Positions 1-8,274 of a stretch of 24,783 nt of DNA are shown here, one piece after another (within the stretch, counting starts at the first letter, position 1; every line of letters begins with the position of its first letter). Source of the DNA: Candidatus Aenigmatarchaeota archaeon. Its GTDB lineage: Archaea > Aenigmatarchaeota > Aenigmatarchaeia > CG10238-14 > SCSR01. The notes below the pieces were generated by a model. That model ran no database searches. It was not told the origin of the DNA and saw only the letters and a program-made list of their open reading frames with translations. The stretch spans positions 1-24,783 of the forward strand of contig JAWCME010000007.1 in assembly GCA_039091335.1 (NCBI GenBank), read 5' to 3'. The position numbers and the translations under genes are program-made.

Positions 1-322
1 CATTTCTCAACCATTTGAAAAATTTTCTTAAAGTAATTTTACATTCTTCTTTTGTGGAATCGCTCCAATTTTCATTAGCCTCTATCTTGCTAACAACTTC
101 GATAATATCCTCTTTATTACAATTTCTCAACTCCCTTCCTGCTATTCTGACCAAAGATTTCAATATCCAAATATATTTTCCAATTCTCCCTTTCGATAAT
201 CCTTCAGCAAAGAGGTATTTTGAAAATTTTAGAATATCATCTCTATTAACTTCATCCAACTCATTCAAACCATTTATAAACTGCTTTAATCTTTTCTCAT
301 AATCATGAATATCAACTTCCAT
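1..322 (-). CDS. Tyrosine recombinase/integrase, N-terminal part (runs off the left edge of the window)
   Basis: Not in the ORF track. Manual translation from ATG 322: MEVDIHDYEKRLKQFINGLNELDEVNRDDILKFSKYLFAEGLSKGRIGKYIWILKSLVRIAGRELRNCNKEDIIEVVSKIEANENWSDSTKEECKITLRKFFKWLRN, open to base 1. The pattern GLS..RI.KY...L / KEDI..V..I / S.STK..K..LRKFFKWL is typical of the core-binding domain of archaeal tyrosine integrases. It starts 80 bp after the 3' end of tRNA-Leu. The catalytic domain is not visible. Confidence 0.8.
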   Translation of the reverse strand, partial: MEVDIHDYEKRLKQFINGLNELDEVNRDDILKFSKYLFAEGLSKGRIGKYIWILKSLVRIAGRELRNCNKEDIIEVVSKIEANENWSDSTKEECKITLRKFFKWLRN

Positions 323-402
323 TCCAATGCACCGCTTTCTTCTATTCTTAATTTGGCCTTACAGATAGGCCCCATTTTGCGGTGCACTACAATAGAACAG
401 GA

Positions 403-515
403 TGCAGGGGGTGGGATTTGAACCCACGAAGGCACTAAGCCACAAGGTATCTTCATCGATTCAGAGCTCAATTAACTTGAGCCTTGCGCCTTTAACCAGA
501 CTTGGCTACCCCTGC
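403..515 (-). tRNA. tRNA-Leu(CAA) with a 27-nt intron at 37/38 (449-475)
   Basis: Acceptor GCAGGGG/CCCCTGC+A, anticodon stem CAAGG/CCTTG with loop CT-CAA-G|intron|A, long variable arm, T arm GTGGG-TTCAAAT-CCCAC. Mature length 86 nt, CCA not encoded. Confidence 0.95.
449..475 (-). ncRNA. Putative intron-encoded minimal box C/D guide RNA targeting C34 of tRNA-Leu(CAA)
   Basis: Intron TTAA-TTGAGCT-CTGA-ATCG-ATGAAGA-T. The guide is antisense to G30-A36; box D is 464-461 and box C-like ATGAAGA is 456-450. The G 5 nt upstream of box D (469) pairs with C34 (479). Confidence 0.7.
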
Positions 516-542
516 ATCTATATATTTTTCTGTTTTAAAAAC

Positions 543-1643
543 TTATTTCAATAGATGTATATTTCCAATTCTAACTTTTTCTAATCCACACTCTTTGGCA
601 GTTTCAAAACATTCTTCTGCAACTTTTTTTGAAGTTGGCGGCAAATCGCTCATTAAAAAAGATGGGAAGAAAGCAAGTATTGTATAGGGTATTGTTTTAT
701 CAACTTTTGCTATGAATTCACTTATCTTTCTAACTTCTTCAACCTCCACATAACCAGGTATTAAAAGAGTTGATGCATACAAAAAAGGAATTTCTCTCTT
801 TTTATGGTATTTCGATAGCATCTTAAAATTTTCTAATGTCTTTCTGTTACTTATACCACACAATGCTAAACTAAGTCTTTCATCAAATGTCTTTAAATCA
901 ACCTTCACATTTCCACCGCTTTCAAGTGAAAGCAATGCAAATTTTTTGAGAAGATTTGAATTTGCATTACCATTTGTTTCTATGCAAACTCTTAATATTC
1001 TTTTATTTGCCCTTTCTAATGCAATCCTTGAAGTTTCTATTGCATGCATTAACTGTGTCCCTGGGTCACCACCAAAGTAACATATACAACTAACCATTTC
1101 ATTCACCTTAGAGGCTAATTCCTTAGAAGAAATTTGAGGGTAAAGTTTTTTAGTATTTTCTCTAAAGTGCCAGTTTTGACAGAAAAGGCAGTTGAAATTA
1201 CAACTTCCATAAAAAACAGAAAGATTGTAAAACCCATATTCTGGGCCATTTTTTACAGCAAATTTTGGATAGCCAGAACCAGTTCCACCAGGACATAAAT
1301 GTGAGGCAACACAGTTTGTTATATGCGCATCATAATACCATTCACAAATTCCATTTTTTGGAGTTCCACCAATTCTTATTAATTTATTTTCTCTGTTTTC
1401 TACAAGACCACAAAAACCCCTCATCCCAACAGCAATCCTACAATTATTTCCACATCCCCTACACTCAATTCCATTTTTTTCTTTTGGTATGTTTTTCGTC
1501 AATCCAAACAATTCTCTAGATTTTTCATGAGCTTTTAAAAATAACTCTAATGACTCTTTGCTGTTTATAATACAATCTGAACAAACCCTTAGAAAAGAGG
1601 ATACTAATTCGGATTCCTTTCCACAAATTTTACAAATACCCAT
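543..1643 (-). CDS. Radical SAM protein, PFL-activase/AmmeMemoRadiSam-like family, with N-terminal Zn-binding motifs
   Basis: CNFNCLFCQN (CxxxCxxC), FGGDP, IETNG, N-terminal CKIC..CSDC and CRGCGNNC...GFC, C-terminal V.IGN. Confidence 0.9.
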   Translation of the reverse strand: MGICKICGKESELVSSFLRVCSDCIINSKESLELFLKAHEKSRELFGLTKNIPKEKNGIECRGCGNNCRIAVGMRGFCGLVENRENKLIRIGGTPKNGICEWYYDAHITNCVASHLCPGGTGSGYPKFAVKNGPEYGFYNLSVFYGSCNFNCLFCQNWHFRENTKKLYPQISSKELASKVNEMVSCICYFGGDPGTQLMHAIETSRIALERANKRILRVCIETNGNANSNLLKKFALLSLESGGNVKVDLKTFDERLSLALCGISNRKTLENFKMLSKYHKKREIPFLYASTLLIPGYVEVEEVRKISEFIAKVDKTIPYTILAFFPSFLMSDLPPTSKKVAEECFETAKECGLEKVRIGNIHLLK

Positions 1644-1655
1644 AATATTAAAATA

Positions 1656-2168
1656 TTAAGAGATATTTTCAAGTTCAGCCCTTAGTTGATCTACTTCGTT
1701 TTTAAGGTTAGATATTACGCTTTCTAAACCTTCTGTGCCATGTGTCTCTATTGTAGATTCTTCCTTGAATTCTTTCGGTCTTAGAAATTCAGAATCTAAT
1801 GCAATAAGTTTTTTTTCAAGCTTTTCTACAGCATTTCCAACAACTTCAAAGCTTTCTTTCCTTACTCTGTCAACTTCGTTCAAAAGAGAAATTAAAGTTC
1901 TAATCGTAGAGATTGTTGTTTTTATTTCAGCTAGCATATCGAGTATTTGTTTGTATCTTTCAAGTTTTACGAAAAGTGGAGCAAATGTAGGTTTTTCTAG
2001 TTTCATTCCCTCTTCTTGTATCTTCTGTTTTAAATTTTCTTCAGGAGGTTTAACTTCTTCAGATTGGAAGATTTCTTTTTGCTCTTTTTCATCAAAAACT
2101 AAATTTTTAACTTCCCACTCAGTTGTTCTTCCCTTTTCAACATCTTTTTTTCTACCGAAAATTGGCAT
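1656..2168 (-). CDS. Hypothetical coiled-coil protein (170 aa)
   Basis: E/K-rich heptad pattern following a PLFVKLERY motif; co-oriented and 12 bp from the radical SAM gene. Confidence 0.8.
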   Translation of the reverse strand: MPIFGRKKDVEKGRTTEWEVKNLVFDEKEQKEIFQSEEVKPPEENLKQKIQEEGMKLEKPTFAPLFVKLERYKQILDMLAEIKTTISTIRTLISLLNEVDRVRKESFEVVGNAVEKLEKKLIALDSEFLRPKEFKEESTIETHGTEGLESVISNLKNEVDQLRAELENIS

Positions 2169-2237
2169 TCCAATCTAAAATATTTTCTGCTTGCTGTTAA
2201 TATAAGCTTTGGTATTTTACGACACTTAAAAAAGAAA

Positions 2238-2354
2238 TGCGGCTGGCGGGATTTGAACCCGCGTTTGTAGAGTTAAACTCTACCGCTCTACCCGTGCAGG
2301 TGGCAGGGTAGAATCTTAGACCATTCCAGTCTACTATGACTGGACTACAGCCGC
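2238..2354 (-). tRNA. tRNA-Gly(GCC) with three introns: 17/17a (2324-2337, 14 nt), 37/38 (2286-2300, 15 nt), 45/46 (2265-2277, 13 nt)
   Basis: Removing them gives GCGGCTGTAGTCCAGTCTGGTCTAAGATTCTACCCTGCCACGGTAGAGACGCGGGTTCAAATCCCGCCAGCCGCA (75 nt, standard cloverleaf). Each intron has a 4-bp BHB/BHL central helix in the correct register: CCAG/CTGG, CTGC/GTAG, GTAG/CTAC. Confidence 0.92.
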
Positions 2355-2651
2355 TTAGTATTTGAATATGTAACCAAAACCCCTAGTTGCTGTTTCTTCC
2401 TCTTCCCTAATTTTATTTATTATATCATCTTTTTCTTTATCTTTTATTTCCTTTGCTAGACCCTTTACAAGCCCCAAAACTTTTTTACATTGTTCTTCTG
2501 TACCAGAAATGTAGCAAAAATATCCTTCCCTTCCTGTGAGTATTTTTGCATCTTTAAAAATTAGGCTTGCTCTAGATACTACATCGTCTCCTAGCAATAT
2601 TTCTCTCAACCTTTGATAATTTTTTGTTTCTACAAATATTACTATATCCAT
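2355..2651 (-). CDS. Hypothetical protein (98 aa) between tRNA-Thr and tRNA-Gly
   Basis: ATG start with an AGG element upstream, typical composition, and it fills the gap between the two tRNAs. Confidence 0.8.
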   Translation of the reverse strand: MDIVIFVETKNYQRLREILLGDDVVSRASLIFKDAKILTGREGYFCYISGTEEQCKKVLGLVKGLAKEIKDKEKDDIINKIREEEETATRGFGYIFKY

Positions 2652-2659
2652 CCTATCAG

Positions 2660-2753
2660 AGCCCCAGGCGAGATTCGAACTCGCGACCTACTGTTATCTT
2701 GAATTTACGAGATTCAACTAACTCAGTTGCTCTACCAGCTGAGCTACTGGGGC
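2660..2753 (-). tRNA. tRNA-Thr(CGT) with two introns: 30/31 (2713-2723, 11 nt) and most likely 37/38 (2696-2705, 10 nt)
   Basis: Mature GCCCCAGTAGCTCAGCTGGTAGAGCAACTGTCTCGTAAACAGTAGGTCGCGAGTTCGAATCTCGCCTGGGGCT (73 nt, U discriminator as in archaeal Thr). Intron 1 has helix CAAC/GTTG, bulge AA|T and outer helix GAG/CTC. Intron 2 helix CTCG/CAAG has one C-A mismatch and its boundary can slide by up to 2 nt. Confidence 0.9.
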
Positions 2754-2799
2754 ATCTATAATACTTTATCAAACAATATATTAATTATTTGGTGGTTTT

Positions 2800-3816
2800 A
2801 TGCAAGAGGCAATGCTTTGGCACAAAGAAAGGAACGGAGTAAGATGTGATTTATGCGCAAGGAATTGTTTTATACCAAAGGATAAAAGGGGATTTTGTAA
2901 TGTTAGGATAAATAAAAACAATAAGCTTTATTCCCTTAACTATGGGAAATTATGCTCTGTTAACATAGACCCAATAGAGAAAAAACCACTCTTTCATTTT
3001 TATCCTGGAAGCAATGCACTTTCTATATCTTCTCCTGGATGCAATTTTAGATGTTTATTTTGCTGTAACTGGAATATAAGTCAAAGCATTGATGTTACAA
3101 AAGAAGAAATTGAGGGAGAGGAATATTCTCCAGAGGATATAGTTGAAATTGCAGAAAAAAACAACTGTAAAATAATAAGCTACACATATACAGAGCCAAC
3201 AGTCTTCTTTGAGTTTGCATATAGAACAGCAAAACTTGCTCATAGAAGCAATATTCTTAACACATTTGTAACCAATGGATATATAAGTAAAGAAGCAGTT
3301 AAAAAGATAGCAAAATATCTTGATGCAGCAACTGTTGATTTTAAAGCTTCTGCAGATCCAGAATTTTATAAGAAATTTATGTCTGTTCCTAGCGTAGAGC
3401 CAATATTTGATTGTTTGAAGCAGATGAAAAAACAGAGGATATTTATTGAAATAACAAACCTTATAATCCCAAAGTTTGGTGATAGCATAGATTTATGCAC
3501 AAAACTTGCCCAGTGGATAAGTAGCGAACTAAACCCAGACATACCTTTCCATATCATACAATTTTTCCCAAGTTATCAGTTGTTAGAATTGCCACCAACG
3601 CCAATATCTACATTAGAAAAATGTATAGAAGAATCAAGAAAAACAGGGTTAAGATACGTTTACATAGGAAATGTTCCTGGTCATCCGGATGAAAATACAT
3701 ATTGCTACAATTGTAGAGAACTTTTAATAAAGAGGCATGGTTTTGCTGTAGAGAAGAAAAACTTGGTTGGGGATAGATGCCCAACATGTGGCTTAAAGAT
3801 AAATGTTTTGGTATAG
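2800..3816 (+). CDS. amrS: AmmeMemoRadiSam system radical SAM enzyme
   Basis: CDLCARNC...GFC, DPIEKKPLFHFYPG, GCNFRCLFC, YTYTEP, VTNGY, YVYIGNVPG, C-terminal CYNC..CPTC; SD-like GGTGG upstream. Confidence 0.9.
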   Translation: MQEAMLWHKERNGVRCDLCARNCFIPKDKRGFCNVRINKNNKLYSLNYGKLCSVNIDPIEKKPLFHFYPGSNALSISSPGCNFRCLFCCNWNISQSIDVTKEEIEGEEYSPEDIVEIAEKNNCKIISYTYTEPTVFFEFAYRTAKLAHRSNILNTFVTNGYISKEAVKKIAKYLDAATVDFKASADPEFYKKFMSVPSVEPIFDCLKQMKKQRIFIEITNLIIPKFGDSIDLCTKLAQWISSELNPDIPFHIIQFFPSYQLLELPPTPISTLEKCIEESRKTGLRYVYIGNVPGHPDENTYCYNCRELLIKRHGFAVEKKNLVGDRCPTCGLKINVLV

Positions 3817-3852
3817 ATAAAGAATAAATTAAATATCTACCCTTTTATAATT

Positions 3853-4743
3853 GTGAAGAAGATTATAACAATTTTGCTTTCAATATTATTTTTAGCTCAG
3901 CCAGCTCTTTCTCAAATTCAATATTATGGTATCGATATTATTCTAAACGTTAACGGAAAGAGCCAAACAAAACTTACGATTACATATCTTAACCAAGAAA
4001 AAAAGTTTAATTTAATAATTCTTGGAAAGATAGAAAATTTTAAGTCGCTAAATCCAAATATTGCTGTTTGTAATGCTTCTATTGGTGGTTTTAGTTTTAT
4101 TAGCTGTGATTTAAATTTAACTGAAAAAAGAACATTTGAGATAAATTTTGAAACTTTTGATTTTGTTAAGCCCACCCAAGATAAATTTTTATTTGTAGCA
4201 GACTTAACACCAAACAAAGACGTATCTTCAGTTTTTACTTCTGTTAAATTGCCGGAAGGAATGGCTTTAGTTAAGGAAGGCATGGAAGGAAAAATCTCTT
4301 TTCCAGAGAATATAACAATAGTTAGCGACGGAAGACATCACATAATTACTTGGTATCTATCAAACATAACTAAAGACAAGTCTCTAAAATTCCAATTTTT
4401 TTATGAATTTATCCAAAGACAGCCTTTATTACAGTTTAGAATAAGAGACATTATTATATTCGGAATTGTAACAGCAACAGCACTATGGCTGATTTATTAT
4501 AATTATTTTAGAAAGGAAAAGAAAGTACTGCTTTCTGTATTAGATGAATTTGAAAGGAATGTTATAAATGTGATAGCTTCTCACGGCGGTACTGTAAATC
4601 AAAAGAAAGTTGTTCAGGAAACTAATTTATCAAAAGCGAAGGTTAGTAGAGTAGTTAAGAGTTTGGCTGAAAGGGGTCTGATAGAGGTTGAAAGATTAGG
4701 AAGGACGAACAAGCTAAAACTAAAGAAAAAACTCGGAATCTAA
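3853..4743 (+). CDS. Membrane protein with extracellular beta domain, TM helix and C-terminal winged HTH (COG2512-like membrane-anchored regulator)
   Basis: Signal peptide, TM IIIFGIVTATALWLIYY, then QKKVVQETNLSKAKVSRVVKSLAERGLIEVERLGRTN. Confidence 0.85.
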   Translation: MKKIITILLSILFLAQPALSQIQYYGIDIILNVNGKSQTKLTITYLNQEKKFNLIILGKIENFKSLNPNIAVCNASIGGFSFISCDLNLTEKRTFEINFETFDFVKPTQDKFLFVADLTPNKDVSSVFTSVKLPEGMALVKEGMEGKISFPENITIVSDGRHHIITWYLSNITKDKSLKFQFFYEFIQRQPLLQFRIRDIIIFGIVTATALWLIYYNYFRKEKKVLLSVLDEFERNVINVIASHGGTVNQKKVVQETNLSKAKVSRVVKSLAERGLIEVERLGRTNKLKLKKKLGI

Positions 4744-5123
4744 CTCCTTATTATTAATGATGCACCAAAAATAATTAATAAAATTCCAAACCATCTTATT
4801 GGTGTAATAGATTCAGCAAAATAATGTTTTGCAAGAAATGCTGTTACTATGTAGCCCAATGCTATCAAAGGATAAACAAAACTTAATTCTGCTTTTGATA
4901 ATATAACGAACCATAATAATGTTGAGATGAAATATAATGTTATGCCTATAAAAACATGTCTTTCGAGCATTGTATATAAAACCTTTTTTGTTAAAAGCTC
5001 TTTTAGTTCTATCCCACCAGTTTTTGATAGCCCCATCTTCATATAAACTTGTCCAAAACTTCCTAAAATCACACAAACAAATACAAGAAAAACAACATCT
5101 ATCATTTTTCTCCCTATTTTCAT
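4740..5123 (-). CDS. EamA/DMT (ArnE/F-like) small 4-TM transporter
   Basis: GQ..MK.G, LSKAELSFVYPL, E.IT..RW.GI.LI..G motifs. The start may be the second Met. Confidence 0.85.
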   Translation of the reverse strand: MKIGRKMIDVVFLVFVCVILGSFGQVYMKMGLSKTGGIELKELLTKKVLYTMLERHVFIGITLYFISTLLWFVILSKAELSFVYPLIALGYIVTAFLAKHYFAESITPIRWFGILLIIFGASLIIRS

Positions 5124-5281
5124 TAATTTATTTTATTATTTTCAAAATAAATTATTTTACTTTTTTAAAAAAGGAAAAATAACACTTTTTTAATAAAAAA
5201 AACAATTTTTTTAACTCCAGAAACAATTATAAGCTTTTTTTTTGGATTTTTTAAAATTTTTCGGGTTTAATTGAAACTGTT

Positions 5282-5319
5282 TCTGAAAAATTAAAAAAGT
5301 TTCAGATAATTTTTATATA
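5282..5319 (+). promoter_or_regulatory. Probable S-layer gene promoter: TATA box (TTTTTATATA, 5310-5319) preceded by inverted repeat TCTGAAA-N11-TTTCAGA
   Basis: Seen in the 290-bp divergent intergenic region; function inferred. Confidence 0.4.
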
Positions 5320-5414
5320 CTATATAAATATAATTCTATTTCAAGAAAAACCCGAGTTAGTTCACTATGGAATATAAGATGAGATAGTGAAAAAAATTTA
5401 AAAAGAGGATAAAA

Positions 5415-7643
5415 ATGAAAGAAAGAATTGTTGCGGGATTTTTGGCTGCATTGATGCTGTCTATGCCAGCGTGTTTAGCAGCAACAGCCTTTAAGGACTA
5501 TCCAGCATTTTTAGGAGTAGACGGCGCTTTGGACGCATATGTAGTAGTAGGAGCGAATGCAGCAACATCAGATGTAGTAGGAGCAATTGATTTGGCTTTG
5601 AGGTTGGCTGAGCTATCCTACACAGAAAAAACAGTTCCTGGTGTAGCGGCAGCAATAACCGGAATTGAAAAGAAGACTGTCCCACTCTACACATATGGAC
5701 AGAACGACCTTGGAGTATTTCCAGCCTACATAAGAACAATCCACTACTCAGGATTGAAAGATTCTGTATTCAGTTGGAAAGGAAATGACTATGATTTCTA
5801 TGAGCAAGTTGACCTAGGGACAATATACATGAGTCACGACTTTGCTACAGACAAAATAAACGGAACAGAGAAGCTTGTTGTTCCACCAGCAGAGATAGTT
5901 TACGAGTTTGTTTTCGATAAAGATTTGAACATAACGGCAACAACAGGAAAGGGTTCGTTAACTAATCCAGAGTATGCATATCCAATAAAGATTGAGTTGC
6001 TTGGTAAGCAATTCATAATAGTTGGTGTAGGAGATGAATCTGTAAAGATGCTTGCCGGTTCTGTCGGCACAGCAACACCAACAGTACCAGTTGTTTACGA
6101 CAAGTATTCTGTATATTCCGATGTAGGAGGAGCTGACTGGGCAAGAGTAATAGTCAAAGACGAAGCAGAAAATACAGTTGCAATTAAGCTTGTAAAAGAG
6201 GGAGAGTCTGTTGAGATTCCAGAAGTAAAACTAACAATAAAACTAACTGATGTTATGGTATTGCAAGACGGAACAGTTGTTGGTGCAGATCTTGTTGTAG
6301 GCCCAACAGGACAAGTAGAAAAAGTATACACAACAAGTTGTGATATTACATCAACAGGAACAGAGGATAAGAAATTCCCAGGAGAGACTGAATGGTGCAT
6401 ACAAGTTGCTTCTGGTAGTTTTGACAAAAGCGGAGCAATAGAGAAGGGAGAAAAAATACAAGTTGTTTATAAACCAACAGACACAAAGTACTTTGTTGCA
6501 GGGGATAAAATACCATTACCAAACAACTATGGAGAGATTGGATTCATAGGATTCAGTACAGATAAGTTTGTAGAAATAAAAGTAGAGCCATTCTCAGAAA
6601 AGACAGTTTACGACCTTTCTAATCCAACCAAGTCGCTTGGAACTTGGAGCGGGTTTGAGATTGCAGCAGATGTAGGAGGATCGATACTTGATGATGATGG
6701 TACAGGATACACAAAAGCATACTTTATCTTCAACAAGAGCCATGTAGGAGCAGCGTTTTATGACTCAGTTAAACAAAAAATATTACTTGAGATAGATAGT
6801 GCACACCAAGCGAAGTTAATTGGTACAACAGGAGACTTTGAGTTCACTTTCAACATAAGTTATAGTGGAGCAACGCCAACATTAGAACAACATCTCTTAT
6901 ACATTAAAGTAAATGCAAGCAAACCAAATATAATTGAAAACTTTGAGTTGATAGATGCTAATTACAATACAGTAGTTGTTATGGACTATAGAAACAAAAC
7001 CCTATGGACTTCAACATCACTTCCAACATTCCAGCTCTATGACAGTACAAGTGCACAAGATGATGATGTTTTAGCAGCAACAAGTGGTGATAATACAGCA
7101 AACGATAAAATAGGTAAGGCAAGTCAGGATGTTGTGACAGACAGTGGAGCAATAGTGGTATCACCAGCATCCCATTCAGGAAGTCAAAGGGTTGTAGTTA
7201 AAGTTCCAGCAGAGAAGGTATATGTTCATGCATACGTTGGAAAGAGAGGAGAAGTTACAACAGCAGAGCAAAAATACAAGGTGATGAAAGGAATCACAAC
7301 ACCTGTTGCAGTTCTTGACACAGAAGTAACTTCTGTGCACAAGGCAAAGAACTTGGTAACAGTAGGAGGGCCATGTATAAATAGGATAACAGCAGAGGCA
7401 TTGGGTCTAACTTATCCGGCCTGTGGTGTAGCTTCAACCATACCAGAGAATGCTGCATTGATACAAATTGTAGATGATGCATTTACTACAGGTAAGAAAG
7501 TTGTCGTTGTAGCAGGTTGGGAAGCCAGCAATACAAGAACAGCCTGCGCAGTATTGCAACAATATGAAACTTTGCTTGCAGGAAGAACAGAATCAAAACT
7601 AAAAGTAACATCAGCCACTTCCGCAGGGATTGTACCAATATAA
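5415..7643 (+). CDS. S-layer protein (S_layer_N / S_layer_C type)
   Basis: Signal peptide, VVVGANAATSDVVGAIDLA near the N-terminus, VAVLDTEV..NLVTVGGPCINR and VVVVAGWEASNT at the C-terminus; SD GAGGA. Confidence 0.92.
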   Translation: MKERIVAGFLAALMLSMPACLAATAFKDYPAFLGVDGALDAYVVVGANAATSDVVGAIDLALRLAELSYTEKTVPGVAAAITGIEKKTVPLYTYGQNDLGVFPAYIRTIHYSGLKDSVFSWKGNDYDFYEQVDLGTIYMSHDFATDKINGTEKLVVPPAEIVYEFVFDKDLNITATTGKGSLTNPEYAYPIKIELLGKQFIIVGVGDESVKMLAGSVGTATPTVPVVYDKYSVYSDVGGADWARVIVKDEAENTVAIKLVKEGESVEIPEVKLTIKLTDVMVLQDGTVVGADLVVGPTGQVEKVYTTSCDITSTGTEDKKFPGETEWCIQVASGSFDKSGAIEKGEKIQVVYKPTDTKYFVAGDKIPLPNNYGEIGFIGFSTDKFVEIKVEPFSEKTVYDLSNPTKSLGTWSGFEIAADVGGSILDDDGTGYTKAYFIFNKSHVGAAFYDSVKQKILLEIDSAHQAKLIGTTGDFEFTFNISYSGATPTLEQHLLYIKVNASKPNIIENFELIDANYNTVVVMDYRNKTLWTSTSLPTFQLYDSTSAQDDDVLAATSGDNTANDKIGKASQDVVTDSGAIVVSPASHSGSQRVVVKVPAEKVYVHAYVGKRGEVTTAEQKYKVMKGITTPVAVLDTEVTSVHKAKNLVTVGGPCINRITAEALGLTYPACGVASTIPENAALIQIVDDAFTTGKKVVVVAGWEASNTRTACAVLQQYETLLAGRTESKLKVTSATSAGIVPI

Positions 7644-7682
7644 TTAATATACGTTGATGCAGCCTAGAAAAACTTTGCTTAC

Positions 7683-7699
7683 TTTTTCTTTTTATTTTT
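7683..7699 (+). terminator. Oligo-T archaeal terminator after the S-layer gene
   Basis: TTTTTCTTTTTATTTTT about 40 nt after the stop codon. Confidence 0.4.
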
Positions 7700-7719
7700 G
7701 TGAAAAATAATCTAATTCT

Positions 7720-8274
7720 ATGGATTATAATAAAGGAATAAAAATTAAAATTACAAAAAATAGAGTTTTGTTTCTTTTAGCATTAATTCTAATATTTTTT
7801 ATACTCTATTTTTACTTAATTCATTCTAGACCAATTTATGAAGTATATTTTGATGGTACACTACTAGTATTCAGAGAAAACCTTAAAGAAGCGAGTAAAA
7901 TAAAAACACATCCAAGCGAAAATTTAATTTATTCTACAATATGGAATTCAGAAGTAAAAAATATTACAATTGCGTTCATCAATACTTCTGATATTTCTTA
8001 TGTTGGGATTCAGGCATTTGAGATAGCTTTCAAGTTGAGAATTTTTATGCTTAAAAACAACCTATCGATAGGAATTAATTCTAAGGAAATAGAAGATTTT
8101 AACATCATAACAACAAAAGAAAATCCATATATAATATTAGTTCCACCATCAATTTCAAAAGATACCGCTGTAATGGCTGAAAAAAATTTGATATTTATAA
8201 AGGCAAAAAATTACAAGGATTTTGACTTAGCTACAATAAAGTTTTTGATGATAGCATTAAATATAAAGATTTAG
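7720..8274 (+). CDS. Hypothetical N-terminally membrane-anchored protein
   Basis: 184-aa ORF with a single N-terminal TM helix. Confidence 0.75.
   Translation: MDYNKGIKIKITKNRVLFLLALILIFFILYFYLIHSRPIYEVYFDGTLLVFRENLKEASKIKTHPSENLIYSTIWNSEVKNITIAFINTSDISYVGIQAFEIAFKLRIFMLKNNLSIGINSKEIEDFNIITTKENPYIILVPPSISKDTAVMAEKNLIFIKAKNYKDFDLATIKFLMIALNIKI

Noticed and set aside
15..302. 95-aa plus-strand ORF
   Set aside because: Antisense shadow of the integrase reading frame.
286..471. 61-aa minus-strand ORF
   Set aside because: Starts inside tRNA-Leu and overlaps the integrase start out of frame.
449..475. Two tandem or nested introns (11 + 16 nt) in tRNA-Leu
   Set aside because: I tested the registers by hand and none gives a proper splice motif for the second piece. 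The internal TTGAGCT is better explained as a guide upstream of box D.
2265..2299. Alternative tRNA-Gly parse using the intron copy of GGTAGAG as exon
   Set aside because: It would need a 7-nt intron without a splice motif, whereas the chosen parse gives correct helices for all three introns.
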